Assembly: GCA_051362555.1 (NCBI GenBank)
Contig: CM120642.1
Coordinates: 4,650,001 to 4,714,000, forward strand
Length of the DNA stretch: 64,000 nucleotides
From: Lingula anatina
Lineage: Eukaryota; Animalia; Brachiopoda
Direction of reading: 5' to 3'
Positions 34,801-45,133 of this stretch are shown here, in pieces (position 1 is the first letter of the stretch; each line of letters opens with the position of its first letter). The notes under the pieces were generated by a model. It searched no databases and had not been told where the DNA came from. It saw only the letters and a list, made by a program, of their open reading frames with translations. The position numbers were made by a program, and so were the translations under genes.

Positions 34801-37404
34801 TCACTCAGAAGGTTAAAATTACAAAAACACCTAATATTTTAGTAGGAAAAAATCACAAAGTGCAGGATGAGAAGGGTATCTAATTCTACTGGCCACAAAA
34901 CACAACAACAACAACAACAGATCCCAATCTACACAGCTGCAATATTGCCAGTTACAGTCTCTGTGGTATGTTTACCGGTAAACCCCCCTCCCAATCCACA
35001 CATTTTAATATACTCCATTCCCTAGTGACCGCTTTTTAGACCTCTTGTAAATCATTTAATCCTTTATGTCTGTTTACACGTTCCCACTACGCCAGTAAAC
35101 CCCGACTATTACAGCAATCTATAACAAGTAACAGTCTGTTTTAAGGCTTGTACCTTATAAAGTATGTGCATGCATAACATTAACCTATATTATTTACCTA
35201 CTAAATTTTTGTTTATACTCCCTTGCCAATTACTTAATTATCAATTATAAAACAAAAAGACTTCTTCAAATTAAGATACTATCTTCCTTTTAAATCAAGC
35301 TTGTTCTTGGCCAAGGTGTATACACATCAACTGTATATTACTGACTGGTACCCCACTCTCCCTTGGCTTTCACATGAAGGGTAACTAAAGAAATACCGCA
35401 GCTGCCTAGAGGACACGCTCTCCTTTCCACCTTACCAGAAAACATGAAGGGCATGTTCTTAAAGTCGTCACTATCATCAGGATTACCTCCAAAACTGTCC
35501 TGAAGGGGGCGCTTTAGGCCTTGGATGTCGTTCGGCAAGTCGTTTCCTCCTCCGTCAACACTACTGATCTTTGCTGCAATCTGTTAAATGATCAAACACA
35601 TCACTTACACATTTTATTATTGATCATAATATAAAGAGCATCTACATTAAAGGAAAACATGTATATGAATGTTTACTACAACCACGAAGTACTTTTGCAC
35701 TATTTTGCCCCACCTTCTACAAATGTAAGGTTTCCAATGTTTTTCTAAATAATGTTATGTGGTGACTTTACGCTAGCAAACTGATTTGACAAATTGCTTA
35801 CTAATTCCTAAATGTTTTTATAAGAGACTTCATGCTCATTTAAAATTATGATCTAAGCCACTGAGAGGCAAATATTTGCTGAAATCTTATTGGTGAAAGA
35901 ACTGAAAAATTTACTGTAAAAACATTTTAGTTCATTTCCAAAACAATTTGTTTGATTAGGGGCAAGATTGATGAAAATCATCGCATAACTGAATTGTGAG
36001 GCTTTAAAAATCAATCTTATACTGGGTGGGCTGGAGGGCGATGGGGGGGGGGGGGGGGGGGGTAATGCAAAAGTACAAATATGATATGGGCATTTTTACA
36101 ATCCTGGGCTCCTTTTTTTCCCACCAAGGGTCAAAAATAGAAGTCATTATTGTGTTGATATTTGTACTTTTCTTGAAAGTATAGACCTGAAGGGTATAAG
36201 AAATGACAATCCCGAGATAAAACCTTGTGTATGTATAAAGATATGATTATTTGAATTTTGAAAATCATTTTTTTAATTTTCATAAGCTAAACCTTGAAGT
36301 GTGTGACTTTTATGATAATTTAAGGCATTGATCTCCAAGAAACCACTTAGTTTTACTCAGAGAGTATTGCTCTGTTATGTATTTGGAAAAAAAATGGATG
36401 AAAATATCCAAAATTTGACGAATCAATGATATTTTGTAATTTTCCTGTTTCAGTATTAAATGTGACTCCATGAAGTTTTTTATTCTGAGATATTCTGAGG
36501 ACTTCTGTACTTCACTTTACCTTGCATTAGTTCTTTATGTTATGCTTCATGATTGTGTAAAATATTATTTTGCAGGGACATGTGTGCTAATTGCAGTGTC
36601 ATGTTAAAATAAATGTCCTTTCCGAAACATCCCTGTTTCGGAAAGGACATTTTTTTAAACATTTATGATATTGTTTTATTTTATTGTAGTATTTGAGTTT
36701 ATAAGTCTATTGTAGTATTTGAGTTTATAAGTCTATGAATAACTGGGCAAAATAGGTGGAAGCTGAACTAAAATTGAAGTCTTTTTATTACATTTTGTGC
36801 TTGTTTTGTCTATTCTGTACTAGTAATTTGGTACTGGAATTTTATTTTATTAAATATTGATTCTGAGATATATTCCAGGTATTCTTTACGCCATTACACC
36901 TTATTCCAGTTTCTTTTGTTACAGTTCATAGCTGTATAAAATATTATTTGACAATGTCAGATTTACCAACAGTAAAGACATGTTTAAAAATATGTCCTTT
37001 TAGACATGTCCTTGTTTCAGAATGGACATTAATTTAACATTTATGAAATTGCCTTAAGATCTCATAGTATGTTGGTTTATAAGGTACAGCAATCATTGGA
37101 CAAAATATGAGTTAACTAGATTAAAACTGAACTGTTTTTATTACATTAATTGGTCATTTTGGATAGTTTTTGATTCTTTTTTGAAATGTTACTCCATTAG
37201 TATTTGATCATGATATAAAACAGAGTCTTCTACACTCCATTATACCCTATTCTACTTCCTTTTGTTACAGCTTATAGCTGTATAAAATATTATTTGACAA
37301 GGTCAGGTTTAAATTTAGTAATTACATTTTTAAATATGTCCTTTTAGGCATGTCCTGTGTTTCGGAATGGACATTTATTTAACATTTACGAAATTGCTTA
37401 AATG

Positions 37405-37477
<73 letters not shown>

Positions 37478-39461
37478 TGTATCATGATGTATGTATATAT
37501 TATAAATAATCACAGGAAGTTAATTATAACCTGTGTCTGCCTGCAAGCGCCTCTGTAAACCGTGCCAGTGAACTGACTCTCGCAACTTTAACGTGTAGCC
37601 TCATAACTATTTTCAAATACTTTTATGTACATCATAAGCAATATTTCAAGTAAGCTATATTATTCAAAATTATATTCTACATAAATTTGATGTGCTTCTC
37701 ATCATCCTCTTTCTCATGAATAATAAACAGATGAGCAGACCAAAGAGTAAACAACTGTTTTAGACAATGTGTTAAAAATGTCCTTTCCAATACAAAGCAT
37801 CCAAATTGCCTATATTTCTATTTATACTGATATAATCTTTTCAATTAATTGTTAATTTAACTTTGAAATACATGAACTTTGGGAAAATATGCAATGGAAG
37901 TTCTAGTAGATCCAAAGAAAAGATGCTGACTCGCAAAAATTATTTTTTTTGTTGAAGATATATATAGAAATGTAAAAAGATGCCATTGAAGAAATGTTTT
38001 TCTATTATTTTTATGTCATATGCATGATGCTCTAACAGTAATTTGCTCATGTCAAGTGAAACATACAGCATTAAAGACAAAATTTTCTCTATTTATAACA
38101 TTGGCAATGTAAAGGTACTTTGTTTCGGAATGGACAATTTTTAACAAGCATCTCAAAAAAGGCCACAGTTAAATGGGTTTCTGTGCACTGGGGTTTTCTT
38201 ATATAAAAATAAATGTCACATGTCCTGGGCTTTAGAGAAATATATATTGTTACAGGCTAGGTGTCAACATGTTCTTTTTATGTAAGAGAAACCCAATGTT
38301 TCGGAATGGACAAATTTAACGGAAAAACACGGTAGGGTTATTTTGCACTCCATGTCAAGCTCCAGAATCATCGTGCAGATTTCATTATTTGATACAAACA
38401 ATACCAATACATCCAAATAATGATTAGGATGATTAATTATACTGTATGTTTTATGACATGTTTTCTGAAAGTAATTTATTTTTGTTTCGGAATGGACATT
38501 TCGTTTAACGGAAATACCAGCATGCCATTAAGACTTTTTTTCTAGGATACACCTCTCTCCTGTTAATATTTAAACTTTTTTGCTTCCACCATACTACTGA
38601 GTGTTTTATAATCCAAAAAAATGCCATGTCAAACACTGTTCTGATTTATTTCAGATTGCTTTTTATTTCATATGACTAAAACGGGAAAATTTTTTGGTTA
38701 TTTTTCGGGCTTTGCTTTAGCATAACTTTGGACTCGGTGGTGATATTTGGTTTCTATTTTCAGTGTTTATCTTCACTTACACCATTCTCTAACATAGTGA
38801 TAAAAGAATTATTTGATGATATGTATGTAATTTGTTAATTAGCAATATGTGGGAAAATCTGAAAAGTGCCCAGGATTGTAAAAATGCCCATAACGACACA
38901 GGAGTGCCATTTAAGAATCAACATAACATCTTCATCATCATTGCTCTTCGTCCCGCGTGGAACATAAGGCCACGACATAACATCTTACACTGAACTTTTT
39001 CACGACAGCCTGCTGTATTGCTCCTGAGAAATTCGTGACCTTAAAGCACAAATAAAGCTTGACGAGTGTGTCTCGGGAAGGAAAATACAACCGAATAATG
39101 ATAAAATGTTAGGTGCACAATTGAACAGCTTAATTGAATAAGAATATTACGATCAAAATATTGTAAATATGCAGCAATTATCCACTTAAGTTATTTTAGT
39201 CATTTGAAACGAAATTTACGAAATGCATGCCGTTTCTTTGTTGCGGTCAATGAATGCAAAACAAAATGGCCGACTGTCGGCAACGTGGTCCTCGGAAGTA
39301 TCGATATTTTACGATAACTTCCATCACTAAGTTAAACACAATTAAGTACAATAAACCCTGATTTCTTTATTTACCTGTCTAGCACGAGCTAAAGCGTCGG
39401 CAAACGCTGAATTTGGGTCAGAAAAACCTCCACCTGGTGGGCCCACTTGTGAAAAATCCAT
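25820..39461 (-). CDS. FUBP: Far upstream element-binding protein (FUBP1/2/3, KHSRP, Drosophila PSI family): 4 KH domains, RGG insert, Tyr-rich C-terminal DUF1897 repeats
   Basis: Phase-consistent exons: 39375-39461 ([16 protein letters not shown]), 35436/35487-35580 (IAAKI), 34230-34313, 33874-33913, 33081-33176 (optional), 31973-32178, 31541-31670, 30994-31162, 30605-30703, 30033-30080, 29742-29810, 29197-29299, 28820-28917, 27934-28129, 27465-27622, 27196-27266, 26924-27003, 26508-26660 ([12 protein letters not shown]), 25820-26016 ([14 protein letters not shown]). Four IG-x-x-G KH loops: [32 protein letters not shown]. Confidence 0.95.
31832..31904. mobile_element. 73-bp palindromic micro-MITE (Harbinger-like, CWG TSD) in a FUBP intron
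   Basis: ggctccgtatctcgaaaggtttgcta..ttgcgcacgtgcgcaa..tagcgaaacctttcgagatacggagcc is a near-perfect loopless palindrome flanked by CAG on both sides. Confidence 0.65.
33696..33848. repeat. 82-bp tandem duplication in a FUBP intron
   Basis: 'acatgaatcagacaataaggataatct.atgttagcttaaaatac' at 33696 and 33778. Confidence 0.85.
36088..38889. mobile_element. ~2.8-kb non-autonomous DNA transposon with 22-bp TIRs flanked by AT (ISL2EU/PHIS-like) in FUBP intron 1
   Basis: GGGCATTTTTACAATCCTGGGC at 36088 and GCCCAGGATTGTAAAAATGCCC ending 38889, AT on both sides; internal ~350-bp degenerate repeats and recurring motif TGTTTCGGAATGGACA; no transposase ORF. Confidence 0.7.
37408..37477. repeat. (TA)n(GA)n compound microsatellite
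   Basis: Directly visible. Confidence 0.95.
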
Positions 39462-39904
39462 TCCTTCTCCAAATCACGATCTGCTCACACCCGCGTAAAT
39501 CAATGACGTTTTACACGCTTCCTGTAGAGGGTGCTACAATCTGTCACGTGATTGAAACGGTACATAGAAAAACAAACCCGGGGCACGTGGATGACCACCG
39601 ACACGGACATGCTCAAGCATTCTCTTCTTTAAAAAAGTGACAAAATAACTATGTGGAAGTAATAGGGATTCAGGAACATTAGCACTAAAAGGTTTTTTTT
39701 TAAAATATGTTCAATTGAATACCGTCATTTTGTTGATTGTGATTTTTTTTTTAATTTTGGATTGTCGCACCCTCCAGGGGGACCCTCCTTTGCCCTGGGA
39801 CGCCATTCACCTTGGCCTATTTAAGCATGAAGCAACTGCCTTGAGGTCGTATATTGTTGACAGAATTAAAAATTTGGTTGTCTACGTCTCATTACTCCAC
39901 AATT
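39462..39904. promoter_or_regulatory. Bidirectional promoter between FUBP (-) and the aminotransferase (+)
   Basis: Start codons only ~443 bp apart, head-to-head; CpG-enriched; CACGTG E-boxes at ~39545 and ~39584; TGACGT at ~39504. Confidence 0.7.
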
Positions 39905-42900
39905 ATGGAGAACGAAAGCACTGTCGACGCTACAACACGGATGCGGCACCGATTTCTGTTCGAGGAACTTGGCTTTGTTAATGAAGAGATAGTGGCGTTG
40001 AATATGGGGGCCCCTGGGGAGGCAGCTCTGGTAGACTCACAAGAAATGTTGGCTAAAGCAACCGAAAAGAAACTGGTAAATATGACCCCAGAGAAATGTC
40101 ATAAAAACTCATCGTCCTACTCAGTGTACTTTAAGTTTAGGAGTGATCAGCCCCTTTCCCAATGGTCTCACAATATATACTGTATGAAGCAAATTAAGTC
40201 TGTCTCATAAAAAATAATAATTATAAATAAAAAATTAATCAATTGATTAGTCAATTAATTGATTGATTGATTAAAAAACAGATTTAGTGTTGGACGGAAA
40301 AAGGTAACTTAATTATTTTTAATTGGTTTTTATGATTTTTATGGTTTTTATGAGATAATTTGATAGCTAAGATGACGGTGTGACTGAAATGCGCAGTACA
40401 CCGCAATACAGCGCAACACAGCGCAATACACTTAAAAAATCAAATCCAGTTGCAATTACACTAAAGAAATGACCATTCCCAGCAAAGTACCAGTAGGGTG
40501 ATATAAAAACAACCTATATTACTAGGTAAGTAATATCATTGATATAACTTAACAAATCAGCAAGACTTTTATATTGTCCGGTTGGCAGCCATGTTGGCTA
40601 CTCGCCAACATGGCAGCTGACCAAACAATGAAAAAATTGTCAAGTTGTTTCAGCAATATTAATTACTATGTACTATATTTTGCTTTTATATCACCCTATT
40701 TTATTTGAGATTACCCTTTCCTGTGTTTACTTGCAACTGGACTTGTGTTATCAAGTGTATTGCACTGTGTTGCGCTGTATTGCAGTGTATTGCGCATTTC
40801 AGTCACACCCCTAAGATGAGGCCAGGAACACAATTTTTTAATTAACAGAATAATTTGTAAGTTTAAGCCATTTCAAATCTAAATGACATCACCATATCAC
40901 TCAGTTTGGTCATCTGGTGATGGGCAGTCCTGTTTTTTAGTGTATGTTGGAAGACGGCCTTCCTTGTAGACCAATTAATATTCCTTTTGATGCAAACTAC
41001 CTTGTTAAAGGCTGTAGACCAATTTTACTGACCATCTCCTTGTCTTTCAGGCTGCCCCCAGTTCCAGGTACTTGTTCCAGTATGGTCCCAGAGTAGGAGG
41101 AGATGATTACAGAGAAGAACTGGCCAAGTTCCTCAGCCACAATTATCAGGACTCTTTAGACAGGTGAGCTATACTAGCCCTAGAGGCTTGTTTCACAGGA
41201 TACTTAAATTCCAAACATTGATCTAAATTTTTTAACTGTGCTTCCACAAATCATAAATAGCTAGGACTTAGTCCAATCAAAATGAAACACTGCATCTAGC
41301 TACTTTATAATAAGAAATACAGTCCTTTCTGTTACTGAAAGATAATAAAAACATTTCAGACAGTAAAAAACCTGTATACTGTCCTCATATATTTGCATAC
41401 CTGTATATTTGGCATAGGGAAGACCTGGTCCTTACTGCAGGGGCAACACACGGCCTATCCCTGGTCACCACCCTTTTCTTCCAACCTGGTGACACCATCT
41501 TTGTAGAGGACCCAACCTACTTTATAGCCATTAACATGTTAAGAGAAGACTATGGAATGAATATTATATCAGGTAAAATAGTTAACTGTGGTCACATGGA
41601 GTGAGTACTGGACTGAACACAAATGTTATATGTTTGTTTTTCTGGTTATATGCCTATGTCAAGTTGATTCGGCAATAAACTATACTATACTATACTATAC
41701 TATACTATACTATACTATACTATACTATACTATACTATACTATACTATACTATATACTGTACTGTACTGTACTGTACTGTACTGTACTGTACTGTACTGT
41801 ACTGTACTGAAGTCAGCATGAGAGATACAATTATCAGTATATCCTGATGGTCTTGCAGTTTTCTATCAGTAATGTGCAAATTATCACTCTATTGTGTTAT
41901 GAACTCAGAAATACAGATAAGTTTTTAAAACTACAATTTTTGAGATATTTATATTCTGTAGCTTATATTATCCCTTCAATGAGAGAAAACAATTTTAAGT
42001 TTTGGTTTAAGTTTTTCAGTAATCAGTTCTACCTTCTTTATAGCCATACACCAAGATAGAGACTTGAATGCACGAAACACAATCATACTGTAAACTATAT
42101 ACACACACAAAAAAAAATGCGTGTGAATTTTTTGAAATTCTTGTTGTTCTTTTAGTTCCCACTGATGAAAAAGGAACAAATGTTGAAGAGTTTGAAAAAA
42201 TATTGAAAACTGAAAAAGAGAAGCATCGCCACAAAAGGGAATTGGGTCCCAAAAGACTGTTTTGGTCTATGTTGTACCTTATTCCAACATTCAACAACCC
42301 CACAGGGAGAGTAATGGCACCCGGTAAGTCAGGGACTGGTCAGGGAAGTGCTTTCTTGAGGATAAGTTTGGTTCCATCCCTAAAAACAGCTTTAAGCATT
42401 ATTGAAATTATTGTGTCGACCAGCTTTTAGATTTTCACAAGATTGTTGAAAGCATTTTTAGAAAGTTTTTTTTTTAATATTGCTACATGTATGTTTTATT
42501 TAAAAAAAGAAGGTTTTGCTTTGAGAAGTGCATGGCTAGCACAATGACAAATATGTGAAGATCTGTTCATGTCCTTTCATATGCTTGAAGATCGCTGCAT
42601 GTCCCTGATCAAGCTTGCCAGAAAACACGATTTGCTACTCATGTGTGATGATGTTTATAACTTGCTGACCTATGACCCTGCAGAGCCCCCGCCACAACGC
42701 CTACTGGCCTACGACAAGAAGTATGCAACCAATGCAAGCTTTTACAACAATCTTTGCCTGCTTAATTGCTAAGTTAATGAAATTTTATCTATAGCTGACT
42801 TTTATTTAAGCTTATTTCTTGATGAAAGTCACTGCAAATGCAGCAGCCATGGCTGGTACAACAAGTTTTTTTTATTACATTTTGAGATAAATAATACAAA

Positions 42901-45133
42901 ATGTTTGATGAATGTTTATTATGTTTCAGAGTGGTTTAAATTTAAAAAAGCATCCATGGACATAAGTTATGAACTTGGGCTTCGTTCACATGCAATGTCT
43001 ATTTTCTATTTTCTATTTTCTATTTTCGGTATGTCTTATGATCACGGTCTGTGCACTGAATATCCCGCCGCGTAATTACTGGCAGCGCGAGCCAGTTACT
43101 TATAGTAACTTATAGTAACTGGCTCGCGCTGCCAGTAATTACGCCGCGGGATATTCAGTGCACAGACCGTGGTCATAAGACATACCGAAAATAGAAAATA
43201 GAAAATAGAAAATAGACATTGCATGTGAACGAAGCCTTGGTCTTTATTCAGAATTTGAATTATTACAGGACCGATCCAGATTTCCAAGGTCATGTTATTT
43301 CTAATGGGACATTTTCAAAGATCTTTGCTCCTGGGGTCCGCGTGGGTTGGATTGAGGCATCTCCACGGATAGTAAATTTACTTAAAGAAAGGTAAGATAT
43401 AAGACTGTGTGAAATGACACATTTAGCTTGAAGTCAGTTGTAAAACTTGTTCATTTTTAGGTTGGAGTTGAGACTTTTGATATTTGAAATTTCAAGAAAA
43501 AAATGAGGATAATTAAGAAGATGAGTGAGTAAAATATAATTAACAATAATGATAGTGCTGAAGTAGAGATGCAAGAATGATTTTAAATAATAATATTTTA
43601 TTTGGGTCAACATAATTTAAAGTGGTCTTTATTGGCCATGCATGTACATGCATCAGTCAGCCTATAATGTATATATCATATTTCATGTGTGTCATTTATC
43701 TCTTGAAAGGAGTTGTGAATTATTTGGAATGGAGAAGATAAAGTATATAATTGTGTTTTGTTACAGTCACACATTACAAAGTGGAGGAGGTGTCAATCAC
43801 TGTATGGCAGGTATATTGGCAGGTGCCATGGAAACGGGGATGATGTCACATCACCTAGAAATGTTGAAGATGAAATATGCAGTAGGGAACATTTGATATA
43901 TAAAAAAGAGATAAAATATTTTAAATCAAAATGCATTATGAGCATGTCTTAGCCCTGGTGCATTTTTTTTTACTTGGGATTTTTGAAATTAGAGGTGTGC
44001 TGTCTCTTTGTTATGCTACCAATTATCACATTCACCTGTAATGACAATTAAATATGTCTTTCATGTGATGAGCTTTGTATGTAAATGTAAGCTTTTGGAT
44101 TTAGATCTAGCTCTGAAGTAAAAATTGACATTAAAAAAAGTTTGGAAACTGATTAAAATGCATTAATAGCACTACACTACATACATAAATTGGCAAATTT
44201 ATGTTTGTCATATTTTTTCAGAAAAACATGAAACAGGTGTGCAAAACATTGAAACATAAATTGCCAAAAGGAGTCGAGTTCAGTGAACCTAAGGTAGGGA
44301 TGTCCTCAATCCCCAAATTATTCAAATCTGCATTTTATTATTGACACTTGTCACTTTTGATGACTTAGCAAACAGAAAAAATGGAAAATGTTTGGAGAAT
44401 TAAAAAAAAATCAAAACATGCTGATTTGGGTCTGCTATAACTATTTTCTTCCATTTGGTCTCCACCCCCACCTCTTTGCCATGTGATTTTGTTCTTTAAC
44501 TATTGACTATACCATTATGATAAAATTATTGAATCTTCAAATTTTTCACTGACACCCTGGTCTCTGATGACATTTCAGGGAGGCTATTTCATATGGCTGA
44601 CACTTCCTGAGAGTGTGAATTGTGAGGAACTCGTTGAACTGTGCAAAAGGAAATACAGACTGGATTTCATGCCTGGATCATGGTTGGTCTCTTCTTAATA
44701 CTTCTTATACAATTAGCAATTTTTCACATAGACTCCGCTTTAAGGAAAATTGCCTTAGTATGAAACTGAATTGACAAGGAAGTCAGTCATGTGAAAGACA
44801 ACAAGGTTAAAGATGATTATTATATATTCTATTTGAAGTTCATCAATTTCAACTCCACCAGACCAGCATCAAGAAGCATACCCATTCAGACACATAAATA
44901 TTCTTCTTCAATTGAATTCACAGGTTCCTAATTTTTTCTGTACACTTCACCTTATGTCAAGAACTAAAGACAAAAACAGATATTTAATTCTGCTCCATTT
45001 CAGTGCGTCACCTAATGCCAACTTCAAGAACTGTGCCAGGATATCTATAAGCTACTTTGAAGAAGAGGTGCTCCTGTCTGCAGCTGACAGGTTGTGTCAG
45101 GCTATGAAAGCATACATGGAGGGGGAGAGATAG
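39905..45133 (+). CDS. PLP-dependent class I/II aminotransferase (YER152C / MocR / 2-aminoadipate transaminase-like)
   Basis: Ten phase-consistent exons: 39905-40075, 41051-41163, 41418-41572, 42156-42323, 42591-42720, 43269-43391, 43767-43881, 44222-44293, 44579-44682, 45004-45133. Fold-type I motifs: FQYGP, LTAGATHGL, VEDPTYF, YLIPTFNNPTG, CDDVY, SNGTFSKIFAPGVRVGW (PLP lysine), GGYFIW, ARISIS. Confidence 0.92.
40376..40810. mobile_element. 435-bp fold-back MITE with 9-bp TSD (Mutator/MULE-like) in aminotransferase intron 1
   Basis: Long imperfect TIRs GGTGTGACTGAAATGCGCA.../...TGCGCATTTCAGTCACACC; TSD CTAAGATGA at 40367-75 and 40811-19; central hairpin gccatgttggc-tactc-gccaacatggc. Confidence 0.85.
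41681..41809. repeat. (TATAC)n switching to (TGTAC)n pentanucleotide microsatellite
   Basis: Directly visible. Confidence 0.95.
42978..43236. mobile_element. 259-bp near-perfect palindromic MITE (PIF/Harbinger-like termini, 3-bp TSD TTG) in aminotransferase intron 5
   Basis: GGCTTCGTTCACATGCAATG...CATTGCATGTGAACGAAGCC; ~120-bp arms with very few mismatches; TTG on both flanks. Confidence 0.8.

Noticed and set aside
36044-36062. Poly-G run (and poly-C at ~47668-47685) as a regulatory G-quadruplex
   Set aside because: Simple homopolymers are common in such genomes and prone to sequencing error; no supporting context.
39715-39981. 88-aa ORF with a signal-peptide-like N-terminus overlapping the aminotransferase start
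   Set aside because: Begins at a non-ATG codon and the hydrophobicity comes from T-rich promoter sequence.
41588-41821. ORF with YTILY/CTVLY repeats
   Set aside because: Pentanucleotide microsatellite in an intron.
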